Shown in pieces: positions 32,021 through 45,361 of a stretch of DNA of 64,000 bases (positions are counted from its first letter, which is position 1; each line of letters begins with the position of its first letter). Both the position numbers and the translations under genes were made by a program. Location of the stretch: positions 10,255 through 74,254 of the forward strand of contig CDMY01000450.1 of the NCBI GenBank assembly GCA_001179505.1, given 5' to 3'. The DNA comes from Vitrella brassicaformis CCMP3155. Lineage: Eukaryota; Protista; Chromerida. The notes below the pieces were generated by a model that worked only from the letters and a program-made list of their open reading frames with translations, searched no databases and was not told the origin of the DNA.

Positions 32021-34647
32021 AAATTCATGTCTTTGTGGGCCCGGTACATGATGGCTGCTTAATGGGAGACACACGACGGATACACCCACGAGCAATGGGA
32101 AACACTGACGTGCCACGATGCAATGCGCTGAGCGGACAGAGACGTCTTTTCGTTGAGCAATGAAGACCACTATCCCACTTCACTCACACACGTGTTCGCT
32201 AACAGCCATCGTCCTCACACCCGAGCACACCCTCCTGGCTCCATCCATCCAGCCAGCCAGCCAGCCAGCGGCGGAGATATTTGTGTGCACTTTCAACAGA
32301 TATAAAATGCAGGCAACGATCATTTGGTGACGAAGGATTCTCTGGCCTTTACGCTCGGTGGTCTGCAGTCAAGCCACAAATTCACAGCCACAAATTCACA
32401 GCGGGGCGGTGTCTTCCCTTCCCTCTTCATTGCCAGTAGATTGCTGCTGCTGGCCGGGGGCTGCGGGTGTCATGCCGGGAGGAGCCGTCAGGCCAGGCTG
32501 CGGCGGTGGGTCCCTGCTGCTGGCGAGGGGCTGGTCTTAGACGCTTCAGATGATCCGATACCGTCTTCACTGGCGTTGAGGAAGGATTGAAGCGAAGTGA
32601 GGGGGAACAGACAGAGGGCGCCGGCACACAGACAGACAGAGACATCGCCACAATTTTCCTTTCCTGCCGCGATCTGCTTTGTCTTGGCTATGCGGGATCC
32701 GGAAGGCTGGCATATACAAGGATAGGAAACAATGATGGAAAGGAAAGATACAGCGGATGTGTCACATGTCGTGTGTGCCATGATATATGAGACAAGCCTA
32801 CCATGAGTGTCTGTGCCGCCGCACGCACTTTCCACGACGCTGTCAGGTCGTTCCCAGCAGCCAACAACAACCTAGAGAAATGGAGACAAACAAAGAGGAA
32901 TCAGAGGCACACACAAAGAGACGCCAAGCTCTGTCTGTGTCGGTATAGTGTAGGAGGGTACCTTGCTGTGCCGCAGTACTTCGTTCTTCCCCTTGGCCTG
33001 CACCTCCAATGCCTCAGGTGCCTTGATGGCCTGCTGCAGCTGCACCTCCACCAGCCTCTTGACCTTTATGTGCCTGTCATTCTCGGCTGAGGCGGTCAAG
33101 AGCACCACTCATGTGGCTGGCGGTGTAGCCACGGGCACTCCTCGAGAGACCCAAGGTCGCCGTGCAGCTGCCTCACACACGCCTGGTCACCTGTGAGCGC
33201 ACGCCGGGCCTGCAGGCGGTTGTTGTCTGCCCGCAGGCGATCGGCCTCCTTCTCCTCCCTCGCCCGTCTGACAAAGTCTTCGTTGGCGCTCTGAGGCTTC
33301 TGATAAAGTGTAGCAAAAGGAATGCTCTAATTGTTCATCGCGTCGTCTCCAATTGTTTGTCTCACATTCTCGACGGTTTTTTCTTGCCGTTCGCTCTTTT
33401 TTTTCCGTAGCTGATTCCGTTGCGGTTCTGCTCGGACACGTCAAGACGTCATTTGCCGTCACGTTGCGTGTGCTCCAGCATATCTCGAGGCGGCTCTTCC
33501 GATCTCAAGCACGCTCCCAACCATCATTCACGAGGCAGTCAGAGTCAGCGCATCAGTGAGTAAAGCCAATGGGCGCGGTGAGCGCTTCTACTCTCCCAAC
33601 CAACCTCACTGATGCGCCTTGCTTCATTGTCTCCAGCTGAAGAGCTTGGAAGCGAAGAGGAAAAAACGGCTAGCAGCAAACCCTGATCGGACGTCTCAGG
33701 CCCGGTTGCATTCTCCCATATGTAAACGGATGGTCTCTTCACATCGTACTTGCTGTGGCAGCGCTTATTACCTGTTCTGGTCACGCATTATGAACGCGAC
33801 CGACATGCTCGCCGCAATTGGCGAGAAACAGGGAGGATGAAGGGACACATGTGCGATGACCGACCAACAGGCACCCCACCAATCGTTTAGGGCAGGCACG
33901 GGGACTGACACAGGCACGCACCATACGTTGCTCTCTCAAAAGACAAAGACAAAGACGAGCAGACGGCCGCCCGGGCCGCTCCCTGTCTATCGATCGGTGT
34001 ATGAACGCCACACACATATGCATCATGTACACGAACCGCGTCAGCCCCAACGACACGCACACACACACACACACACAGGGAGTCTCATGGTGAGGGAGAG
34101 GGAGAGGGAGAGGGAGAGAAGAGGACAAGAGACCAGCCACGCACTGCTCAGGCAAGACAGGCAGGGGGAGGGACACAAGAAAACGGCTAGTAGGTATGCA
34201 TGTGTGAAATATGAGACTAGATGGAGACTAGAATGAGACTACATTGACCGACACACTGCACCCTACAAAACCGACTGGAGCCTTAAAAACACATACACAA
34301 TTCTCGCCTCTGGATCGACTGCACAGCACAGCACAGCACTCGGGAGCCCCGTGCAGCACACAAGCAAGCCCACAGACCGCCCCGGCCGGCCCTTATGCAT
34401 CCCCCAAATTAATCCCTCACTTCCCTTTGAGAAACACAGAAAATACTCATTCGAGCGCTAGCTAATTAGCCACGACACGACACAGCCCCGCCATGAATGC
34501 AATGCCATCCATCCATCCACCTACCTGCACCCTGTAAGGACATATGCACGTCTGTCTACTTCTGCAAGCCTTGCTCCTTCTCAGCGCCGCCCCACGCAGA
34601 CAACCGACCCAACAGCTCATCGCGAGCACCGCTGTCACCCAGATAGC

Positions 34648-37600
34648 CTACACAAACGCATGGATACCATCTAGGAGGTACCCACACTCGCAAATCTTTT
34701 CACGTGTGCCAGGTATACCGTGGTTGGACAAGTAGCCGTCCGGCCGGATGAGAGCGAACGCCCCACAGCGTCCAGTGCCCACCCTCACGCCGCCCGCATA
34801 GATACCTGTGTAGTCGATGGACGCCTCTGCTCTTACGCCGGTGGTCGTGGCCGCTGGTGGGGGAGAGTTGTGCTGCGGCTTTCTGAGTGGCACCTGGCCG
34901 CACTCTGAGGCGGGATTGTGGAGCATCCTGATGGGGTCCATCAGCTTGGACCATGGGGAGGGGGAGGGGTCCTCTTGAAGGGACAGCTTGAAACGGTTAA
35001 CGACCTGGATGATTAAACCGCCAGCCGATAGTCTGTCCGTGTCGATCTTATTATTGTCCCTTTTCTGCTCACCTCTCCCTCCGCGTCCCAGCCGACGAAC
35101 AGCTCGTTATCTTCCACGGCACGGTCCAGCCTACCGACAGACACCAACACAGAACACACACAAAAAGAAAAACAGTGGTTAGTCATTTCCCTCGCTGCAC
35201 ACCACACCCCCTCTCTGTCCTCATCACTTTCTCGCCATGAGCTCGGTCAGGAAGGCCACGCAGTCGGCATTGGAAGAGGCCGCGTCATGCACGCCACCAC
35301 CACCACCCTCGCACCACGACTCGCCAAACGCCGGCAGCTCGCCCACCTGAGCAGCTGTAGCTGCAGGTGGATACTGTGTTGGCGGAGGCAGAGAAGCGAA
35401 CCGCTGGGAGAGCAAGGGCAGTACTGGAATGATGCTCGCCTTGCCGGCTGTCAGGACAAAGACGGCCCTGATGGGAACATGGGTGCCGTAGGTGATGGAG
35501 TTGAACGGGCGAATGGCATGACATGCGAATGTGGTGGCCTCTTCGAGCATAGAGGCCAACACACCTGACAAACCAAAGCAACGACACACAGTGGGCGGGC
35601 GCATACATGCATTGCACTGACGACCTCCTTGCCTTCATTTACCTACCTGCGTCGATGACTGAAGTGAGTGAAGGTGGTAGCTCCCCGGATGACTCGACGG
35701 ATCGGGGAGACAAAATGCGCTGCGGTCCAGTGTGGGCAGCCGTCGGGTCGAATGGCAGCCGCACACACACCAGCAGCGTGTGGTGGGGGCCCGACAGCAA
35801 CTGATGACACACAGCACAGCAACACGACGGGCGGGCGGTGGGGGAGGGACACCGTTTGTAGTCTGTGTCCCGTTTCGTTCGCTCACCTGATGCAGTCTCA
35901 CGAAGGACATGTTGGTGCCGTCGTCCATCTTGGCCAGCATGGCATCAGGTGCTCGTTGGCCAGGCCTCAGAGACCCGGACATCCACACACGACCACACAC
36001 CGCTCTGCAGCGACAACAAGGAGACAACAGGCCATTGAACGCATTCTCACTCTCTGCAGCAAGCCATAATAGTCTCTCTGACGTGTTGGCCGGGTAGCTG
36101 ATGTTGATCTGTGCCGCCTTGCAGGTGAGGGCCTCGTTGACGGAGCTGAAGCCGATGAGTGTTGGGCAGAAGGCCTTGATCGCCCAGCGCACCCATTTAC
36201 TCCCACTCGCAATCGACCGGCATGGTGTTGTCGTGATCAGACGGGCGTGGCCTATGCAGACAGACAGATGGAAGCATAGAGGTCGGTGGGGATGACGGAC
36301 GGACAGAAGAGGTCAAGGCTTGGGTGCGCACTCACCGCCGACGGCTCTCCGCTCCTGGTCATATGTGTCAAGGAGGGCGTCGGGGGCAGAGCCCTTGACA
36401 ACCAAAGCCAACTTCCACCTGAACCACAGAACAGACAGACCACACGAGTGAATGGAGGTCCATTCCTCCACGAATCCCTCTCTCACTCACCCGAGGTTGT
36501 ACGCGTCTTGAATGGCGTCGTTCAGCCCCTGAAAATAAACAACACACGACAGGCATGGATCCATCCATCCATCCATCCATCTCATGCTTGTCCTTGAGAC
36601 GCACCTGATGCAGCAGAGGTGGGTGCATGACGGCAGCTCCGCCGGCCACGAGGACGTTGCCCCGCCTAAATGACGTCACCGATCGCGACACTATCTCGCT
36701 CCTGCTGATCGAGTTGATGCGAACCAAACGGCTGGATGGAACAGCCTGGACGCACCACCACATAGTGGCCGGGTGAACTCTATCCGACTGACCATCCTGA
36801 CCCCACCCACCTACCTTTTGGATCATGAATTCTAGTTCTTCCCTCGTCGGCAAAACCAGCTCCCCCTCCTCAATCGCCTCGCCCTTCTCGTCCTTGTCAC
36901 CCACATCACTGCGCTTGGGCGGCTGGGGCGACAAGAACGCCGTTAGCGCAGTCCCCTGAGTGCTGATCGATGGGCTGCGGAGTGGCGGCGCGTGCAGGTA
37001 CCATCGCTGGTTGCTGCTGGCGGGGCTGCTGATGTCCTCGCTGATGGACCTGCTGTTGGTGGCCACCGGGCAGTCCGTTGGAGGCGCTGTCGTCGTACTG
37101 GCCGAGTCGTCTGTGGGCGGCAGTAGCAGCTGAACGGGCGCCTGTGCCTGTCTGGCTTTGTCGACGGGCCGATGGACAGTCAGATGCCACCTGGAGCCCT
37201 CTTCTGATGTGACGCCCTTCTCAAGGCCGACAGCGCACATGGCCACACCGTCGCCCAGGAGCATATTGTACTTAGCATCATCAATGTTTAAACTCCAGTG
37301 CTGCGCACAAGACAGACAACTCGCATGCCGTCCTTCTTTGCCATGTTTTGTCAGTACCAACCAGGTTGACGTCAGCGGTGATAAAGGAGCCCGCACTCAT
37401 CCGGGTGGCAGTGGACTTGAACTTGACGCTTTCCCTTACGAATGAGTCGAACCCGTCAGCGCCCACACAATACTTGCATCGGATGCTATGGCCCTCGTTC
37501 AGCAGCGTCACGAGAATCTCGTTGCTGCCGTCATTGGCCACCGTGATGTCGCACACGAAGTCGTCGGCGATGATCCGACTCGAGTCGAGGCGCTCCCGCA

Positions 37601-38171
37601 GGATGGACTTGAGATCGCGCTGACAACCAACGAAGAAACAAGGCAATGGTACGGGCATGAATGACACAGACATCTCGATATGGGTACCTGCTCGAGTGTG
37701 ACAGGCAAGGAGAAGATCGACGACTGCTTGATGACGGAAGAGTCGTATAGCCAGTCGACGCAGAGGTCGCCGTACAGATAGACCCTCTCTCCTGTCTGCA
37801 CTCTGCCCCTGCGCATGATCTCGCTGCTGACATCCAGATCTGCATACACACAACACGCCAGCAAACACAACCATTAATTATATGCCGCATGTCATGTGCC
37901 AGCATGTGACTGAGCGTCTCCCTCGTTTGCTCCGCTGACCTTCAAACATCTCCAGGCTCCTCGGCTGCAGTATGACGTCTCCATACCCTTCGGCATCACC
38001 ACTGTCAGCGAGTAGCTGGCTCTCCCTGGCGCCCATATGAGCTGCACTCGATGCGCTGCTGTGCTCAACAAGGACGAAATCCACCCCTCTCCGTTGCAGA
38101 TCGCACGCCAAAGTAAGCGCAGTCACAGTGCTGCCGATGACGACGGCGTCCACAGACCCGACGTCTGCCAT
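34648..38171 (-). CDS. FAD-dependent monooxygenase family protein (FAD_binding_3 / aromatic hydroxylase fold) with degenerate FAD motifs, multi-exon
   Basis: MADVGSVDAVVIGSTVTALTLACDLQRRGVDFVLVEH, ILQPRSLEMFE, QRDLKSILRERL, CKYCVGADGFDSFVRE, GNVLVAGGAAVMHPPLLHQ|GLNDAIQDAYNLG, RPGQRAPDA and C-terminal GAFALIRPDGYL. Confidence 0.82.
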
Positions 38172-38445
38172 CCTGTAGTCCGCTGGCAGCCCCAGGCGCC
38201 GACACAGAGCTACTCAACAGCGATCAAAGTCTCTTGACACGTCGAGCGATGTGTTGTCCTGCGTGTGGAAGAGGGATGTGTTGTTGTGGCAGATCTTCAG
38301 CGCGCCTCACATAAGCTCGCATATTTCGGATCGCGAGGGGGAAAAACACTCCCAGGTTCTCAGCGTTCAAGCGGCGTGAACAGCTCAGTCGACGCACAAG
38401 AAGAAGATTTCAGCCTCCATTGCACCCGCATATGGTGCATGAATT

Positions 38446-40184
38446 CATCGCGAGAGGTGCGGAGTTCCAGCGATGGTGTTTCATGGCCTCATGGTTGTGG
38501 AGCGGTCTTCATCGCGCCTGCTCTCCCAATGTGCCGTCACGCCAAGATTCGGGCTGCCCATGGCGGGCAAGTCGGAGGAATGTGCACGAGAGGGTGATGA
38601 TGCAGATGCCGCCGGCGAGGACCCTTTCATGTTTGCTTTGAGGCTATCGGGACGGCTGCAGCTTCTCATCCACTCTGGTAAGCCGAGAGAAGGAAGATCC
38701 ATACCGAAGTGACGTTGCAACCCATCTTCGTCTTTGCTCTCAGGTGTGTCGTCACTTCAGCTATCTTCGACGGTCACGGTGAACATCGTCGGCCTCGACA
38801 TCACCCACTCACCCGATCCGCCCCACACAGCGGCGACCACCACCACCCCAACAGAGGACTCATCTCCCCTCGTCGTCCTCATCTTCGCCCATCCGACCTT
38901 CCCCCTGTCAGTGGCTCTCGCCATCAGCAGGGCGTATGTGCAGCAGTACGGGAGGGTGAAGCATCTGGATGGAGGGCAGGACGGGGGTGAAAGCGAGAGG
39001 GGACAGCCTGTGGCATTGCGGTGGCGTGGGGCTCCCCCGAAGGACCATGTGATGGAGCATGTTGTCAGGCAGGTGAGTGGAGGAGGGGTGGGGAGTCAAC
39101 ATGTACATCCATCTGTCTGTCTATCACGTCATTGGCAGAGTCGGAATGTGTTCCTCTCCTGGATGCATCGGCAAGCGGCATTGCTTACCCAGCCGCCGAC
39201 GTCCCCTCTTCCCTCGATGCTCCTCTTTGCCCTTCCCCCATCCAGCCTCCCAACCGCCCCATCCGTCCCGCCAACATCACGGAGATCCCCCCTTCGCTGC
39301 CTCTGCTGCCTTCCATTGTCCGTATGTGGCTGTCGTCGGCGGCGGGAGGCGAAAGAGAAGGTGCCCGAGACGAGAGAAGAGGAGCGGCATGTTTGGGTGA
39401 GGCGGTCGGACTCGGCGGACTTGTCACCTGTACCGCCTGGCCTGACACAGCAGTGGACAGAGGCCTTGATGGCTGAGCGGACTGGTGATGGCCCCTGGAC
39501 CACTCATGCCGTCCTTCAGCCAGCAGCAACAGCAAAGGAGGCACCTTCGGCAGCCACCGTCCAATCACAGGGCCAGGAGAAAGCTGGCGATCGCACCAAG
39601 CAAGCCAAGAGGCGGCCATCGTGGTCGAGCTGGCTGTCCGTCGTGCCGTCGGCGAAGGCCAAGAAGGCGCAGCGAAGGAGGCCACGCAAGAGGTCGGCAA
39701 AGGTGTCTTCGGTAGTGGTTGACGGCCATGATGCTGGCGAGGTCGATGGTGGTGCCGATGCTGAGGCGCCTGCACCACGGGTGGTGTGGGGGGATGGGGC
39801 TGGTGACGAGACCGCAGCAGTCGAGAACAAGCGCCCTGCGGCAGTGAGGCTGCGCGTGGTCGGCATGAACAGGTGAGAGACCAGACAGATGGAGGGCACG
39901 AGCATCTGAATGCACTTGGCTTGGCTTTTGTTGTATGCATGTCTGGATGCAGTGTTGCCATCGCCGTACCAGAGCCTGATCATTCAGGGGCAGACCTTGG
40001 TGCGCTGAAAGAAGACTCCGCTGTGATGGAGCTGACGACCAGCGTGCCAGGGGATGGCAGCGACGAGCAGAAAAGACATAGGGGCGGTCGGTGTGTGTCT
40101 GTGGAGTGCATGGCGCTGGCTCTGCGGCCTGCTCTAGAGGTGTGGGATGCCTTCGAGAGGCAGATGGGCGTGACGTGTACATAG
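38446..40184 (+). CDS. Hypothetical protein, multi-exon, divergent from the monooxygenase
   Basis: In-frame GT-AG joins: ...FALRLSGRLQLLIHS|GVSSLQLSSTVTVNIVGLD...EHVVRQ|SRNVFLSWMHRQ...VVGMN|R...ALRPALEVWDAFERQMGVTCT*. Start uncertain (38446-38560). No family recognised. Confidence 0.45.
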
Positions 40185-40317
40185 AGGTGGACAGGCAGGG
40201 CCCGAGACACTAGTGCCGGTTGTGTACAGACAAACTCATTCACTCATGTGATGTGAATGAATGGGGTTGAGACCAACCGATGAGTGGACAAGTCTCACAG
40301 CAATGTCGCTGACAAGG

Positions 40318-41662
40318 TCAAGCATTCCCTCGGATTCTGGTGCAGGCGAGAGAAGACCCTTCATCAAAATACAAAATGTAGGCAGGGATCGGATCGCACG
40401 AACATGTATGCGCATCTGAATTGATGTCTCTGCCAATTATGAAATGTAGGCAGCCCTCCACCGGCTGCGTCGACTCCTCCTCCCCCTGAAGCTGCACCTG
40501 CTGCTCCTGCTGCACCGAGGCGGCGGGCAGCGGGGCCAGGCCAGCGAAACGCGACCCTGCACAGCACACACAGAACAGACAGAGGCAGGACCTTCTTCCT
40601 TCCCTCGCTTCCTCTCTCTATCCGTGTGTATATCAATGGGTATATATATGTATCACCGCTGGTCCACTGGCGACCTTGAGACTCCTCAGACACCTTGGCT
40701 GCAAACGCAATGCATCAATGTGTGGGTCAACACGTGAGGGCAGGTGTTCGTATCTTCCTCCTTACCGTCCTCCCATGGAGCACGCTGCTCAGCCGACAAC
40801 TGAGACACACCTACAGACAGACAGACAGACAGAAAAGTGTAGTTGGACGAGAGTGACAGGTGTGCCATTCCATTCGATCCATCCATCACCCTTGTCCTTC
40901 TCCATGGGAAGTCCCTGCACACGCACGACACGACACGACTGCAGTGAATTTTCTGGGGCGCTGTGTGTTGGCTAACGCACCATGAAGATGATGTTTTCTT
41001 TGGCCTCTGTGCTCTTGGACTGGATGACATCCGCCACGTCCAACGCCGTGGCCTGACAACATGAGAGGGCCATACGTACACATTCAGGCACGCTCCACAC
41101 TCTCCCCGTGTCTCTTTCCAAGCTCACCGCTTGATCGAACGAGAATGTCTCCTGGGTGCCGCCATGCGTGTCAATGAGTATCGACCTGAACGGCACGCAC
41201 AGAAAGTGTGAGAGCTGCATTACCCTTGAACACACTTACGTGTGAGCTAGCGTGAGTGTTTCGATGCCTGCGTAGTCGAAGTTGAGCAGCAAAACTGACA
41301 AACAGAAGAAGAGAGGACGAACATGAAGTAGATGAGTTATGTGGGGCGCGTTTGTGTCAGCTCACTCTCCTCGCCCTCCTCGCCCAGTGTGACGAACTTG
41401 ATGGCCGACGCCGTGGCGATGAGACAACCCTGGGCAGACACACAGATGGAAGTGGCTATCACGTCCTCTCCTTTCCCCTGCCTGGATGACGTCGCCGGTG
41501 TGAGTGAGGATACCAACTCCGAAGAAACGCACATCCCTGCGGAAGGAATGTCGACGTATCATCATCATGTCTCTGTGCATTCCATGTGTTTATGTGTGTG
41601 GATGCCCACCCGTTGGCTGACGAGGAGGAGGGCTGGCCTTGCGACGACTCGAGGGCGCCCAT
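40318..41662 (-). CDS. Small putatively N-myristoylated protein with a beta-rich PH-like segment, many short exons
   Basis: Spliced MGALESSQGQPSSSSANG|DVRFFGVGILTHTGDVIQ|GCLIATASAIKFVTLGEEGEE|ILLLNFDYAGIETLTLAHT|SILIDTHGGTQETFSFDQA|ATALDVADVIQSKS. It has an MGxxxS start and a strand-rich pattern ending in a helix. The PH-like call is inference, and the 3' end is uncertain. Confidence 0.55.
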
Positions 41663-42140
41663 CGACAGATTCGCACCTAAAAACAACGCAGCGCCAGCCA
41701 TTTCAGCATTCCCGCCGCCTTCGCCACTGCACACACTCACCAGCGATGGCCAGGTTCTCGAACTTGCCCGAGATGGACCCTTTGCCACACACAGAGGTAG
41801 GATCCATCCATCCATCCATCCATGCGGTGTGAGTACCTTCCTCAGCGGGATCCACAGCACCAGTCGCCTTCCCCTCCACGGTGGGCTGATCCTGCGCCGC
41901 ACCAGCCTTGTCCATCATAGCTCCTTCTTCTCTTCCTGCCGTACAAACGATGGTTCTGGCCGATCGCATCGGTGCGAGCTTGTTTGGCGAGGCTGCTGAC
42001 GGGAAAGAGCCATCGTCTGCCACGTCCAACGACCCACGTTGCAGCCGTATAGATCTCTGGTAGGTGACCGAATGCAGCTTCAATATGGGACAATGATGGA
42101 CGAATGGCTCTGTCGTATGCAGATCTCTCAGGGAGGGCCA

Positions 42141-44034
42141 ATGGCGCATCCCCCCCACTCCTACCACGTGTCCTTCTCGCCGGCGTTCGGCCAGACGAGC
42201 CACGAGCTGGTGCTGCTGGAGCTGACAGACGACATCCAGAGGAGCCTCGAGGAGGGCAGGGACGTCTTCATCAAGGGCGACCCTGCGGCTGATGGCGATG
42301 CCGTCCTCTGCACTGACGACAAGACCTACGAGCTGCGCATCAACGAGACCTCCAACCCCAAATTCCTCGCCGTCCCCTGTGAGCCACCCCCCGGCCCGAT
42401 CCCTCCCACCGTGCCCCAGGCCGACTGCACTGAGACACTCCCCATGGCCAGCGGCACCACCCCGATGGACGTAGACCCGCCTCAGGGCGCCGCGGCTGCA
42501 GCTGCAGGGGCTGAGGAGGCGCAGAAGGGCGATGGTGATGGTGGCGTGGAGGAGCGGGGCCTGATCATCATGTCGAAGTGCCTGTCGGAGATCTCGCCCA
42601 TCCCGACGGTCCCTCGCGTGACGCAAGTAGGAAGGGTGCTGCAGCAGATCAAGTTGCAGGGGCAGCAGCTGGACGAGGGTGACCAGGAGGGCCGTGCTCG
42701 TCTCCGACGGCGCAGCACGACGGCAGCGCTGGCGTATGACGTGCAGGCGTCGCGGAGTCAGCTGGAGGCCTACCTGGCGGCGCAGAACAACTTGGTGGAG
42801 ATCGAGGGTGAGTGGCGTGTCATCGATGAGGACCACGTGTACAGCACCATCGACCTGACACTCAGCCATGTGACCGCGGGGCGGTTCCCGGCCGATGCCA
42901 TCCCTCTTCACGACCTGTGTGACGCCCTCAAAGACACCGATGACGACACACAAGGGGCCGACAAGGGTACCCGGCCGCACACTAGCATACGACAGCACAA
43001 ATATGAATGCGCCACGTGCTTGTGCTTTCCTTTCCCTGTGCAGGTCAGTTTGACACATCGCCGGAGGTCGTGCACAAGATCCTGACGCCCTACCTGATCC
43101 CTCCCCCCCTCCTCCAGCCCCCCTCCAGCAACCCCACACTGGCCCTCGACCGCACCCAGGTGCAGCGCTTCATCGGCCTGAACGTCCTCTACACCAACAA
43201 GAAGTCAGGCGAGGAGCACCTGACCACAGAGGCCTTCAAGCAGCGTTGGAGGCAGAAGATGGGGCCGTGGACCAACGAGCAGCAGCAGGAGGGTGCTTCG
43301 CGTGGAGGGGGAGGTGGGGTGGCGACGAGCCCGTCGGGGTGGAGTCAGGGTCGCAGTAGCGGTAGCATAGAGCGTGATGGAGCGGATTGGGAGGGACTGC
43401 CGATCGATCTGCTGAGCGGGCAGTATTACCTGCTGTTCGAGGAGCAGCAGCTGCCGGTGGTGGTCTACATGGACGAGAAAGCCCTAGCCATCGACCCCAA
43501 ACAGCGACTCCAGGTAGGTATGATTGGCTCGCCAAGAGAGGGCGGGACGATGCGATGAGGGAGGGGGAATGTGTACAGGCAATTGATTGGTTCATTCATT
43601 AGTCCCTCCCTGTCTGTCTGTGTGTCTGTGTGTGTGATGTGCGCTCGTCTTCAGGCGATGATAGACGTCAAGTCGGTGTGGACGCGGCGCGAGCTGCATG
43701 GGTACCTGTCGCCCGTCCTTCCGCCGCACACCAAACTCGACTCATTCATCATGGACAACACACGAGTAAGAGGCCAAGAGAGAGCAACGTGCGTGCAACA
43801 CACCAACACCCCGGCGTCCGTCCCTGCCTCTCCCTCCCTGTGTGTATATGTCAGCCGACTGACATCACGGTTGTGTTGCGTGAGGAGAAGGACGAGGCCG
43901 GCAACTCGGTGCAGGAGACGGTGGTGGTCAAGGCCTACACGAGCAAGCTGCTGACCAAGAGGGACATGGACGCACGCAAGAAGGCCCTCGCCGAGAGCCG
44001 CAAGGCACGCGAGCAGGAGTATCTATACTCCTGA
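42141..44034 (+). CDS. DCC1: Sister chromatid cohesion protein DCC1 (CTF18-RFC subunit)
   Basis: HELVLLELTDDI...VFIKGDPAADGDAVLCTDDKTYELRINETSN matches the DCC1 N-terminus. C-terminal winged-helix part: LAIDPKQRLQ|AMIDVKSVWTRRELHGYLSPVL...LDSFIMDNTR. Start may extend slightly upstream. Confidence 0.88.
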
Positions 44035-44478
44035 ATGTGTAGCTATAGTGGGTGGGGTAGGTGCCTCATTCACATATGATGTGCATAGCATAGCGAGAGA
44101 GAGAGATGCATCCCAAGTAGGTGTGTGTTGTGCGGACTCGTACGTGAGTGTCGGTTTACATTACGGGTCCTTGAGTTGACATGGTCCTCGAGAGTGTAAA
44201 GTCTGTGCTGCTCGTGAGGGAAGCAAGCCATGCAGACACGCAGACGCAACACGCCAGCGGCCGAGCCGATCCTCCATGTGCAAGCACAATCAGAGAAGCA
44301 CGGCAACGAACACGAGATACAAACATGGTCGCGCACATCCAGTCTGCCTGGGCTTTATCGACAATCTATGCATGCTACGCACTCCTCGACCACAGAGCAT
44401 GCCAGCGGAAGAAAGGAAGTCAGTCAACACTGGGGATCAGGGGGGGAGCACACCGAGAAAGAGGCGGACTAGGCGGAC

Positions 44479-44537
44479 TCAGATCTTGGCCTTGTAGACC
44501 TTCTGGATCATCTCGGGGCTCATCTTGATCAGCTTCT

Positions 44538-44569
<32 letters not shown>

Positions 44570-45121
44570 CACACACTCTGATGTGATGCCCACATGCCGT
44601 CCGTCTTTCCACTTATCTCTCTCTCCCTGCTCGCTCACCTGCTTGGCTTTCTTGTGCCACTTGCGGATCTTGCTGCTGTCCTTGATGACCTGCACCGCGC
44701 CCTTGCCCAGCGCCTTGACCTCATTCTCGGCCTTGCGCTTCTCCTTCTCCTTGCGCTTCTCCGCCACCTTCTTCCGCCTGTCGGCCCGCTGCTGCTTCAT
44801 CTCCCGCTCGAACGCCTTCATGTCGTCCTTCTTGCGCTTGGCCGCCCGCCGGTCCTCATAGGACTGCTGCCGATGCGCAAAGTTGGCCGCCATCTTCTTG
44901 CTCGCCCGCTGCCGCACCTCAGCGTGGTCGTGCTTCCAGACTCTGCCGCTGCGTGGCCGGCCGATCTTGGCCCTCTCTGCTCCAGCCGGCTTGGTCTTCT
45001 TCTGGATGTCTTTCTTGACTCTCTTGATGGCTCGGTCCTCTGGTGTTTTCTTGGTCGCTGACGCCGTTGAGGGCGGCGCCTCTGCCTCCATAGGAGTGGG
45101 ACCATCGCTTGGTGACGCCAT
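44479..45121 (-). CDS. CCDC86: CCDC86/Cgr1-family basic coiled-coil nucleolar protein, 2 exons
   Basis: GRPRSGRVWK motif, K/R/E-rich coiled coil, AENE...VQVIKDSSKIRKWHKKAKQ|KLIKM. Confidence 0.85.
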
Positions 45122-45361
45122 TGCCGGCAGGCACGACAGAAGGGGATAGATGTGACCACTTTTCTTGCTCTAATGTCAGGGATGGTCCTCAGAGTGCTCC
45201 ACAAGTCCTCAGATCACTCCCAAGCCCTCCAAGGGAAGGAAGCTCGCAGATGTGCGAGCTTGGGCTTGAGCTTGCAGATCTCCCCCTGGGCGCACTCTAC
45301 GCTGTAGAATTTTCTCTATTTGGTTTCTCAACAGGTATTTCGGCAATCGTCGCCTCAGCTA

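Noticed and set aside
32330-33520. Minus-strand coiled-coil-like fragments (EDFVRRAREEKEADRLRADNNRLQ; VKRLVEVQLQQAIKAPEALEVQ)
   Set aside because: I could not join them into one frame with plausible introns, and stops intervene. It may be a decayed gene, but there is too little support to call.
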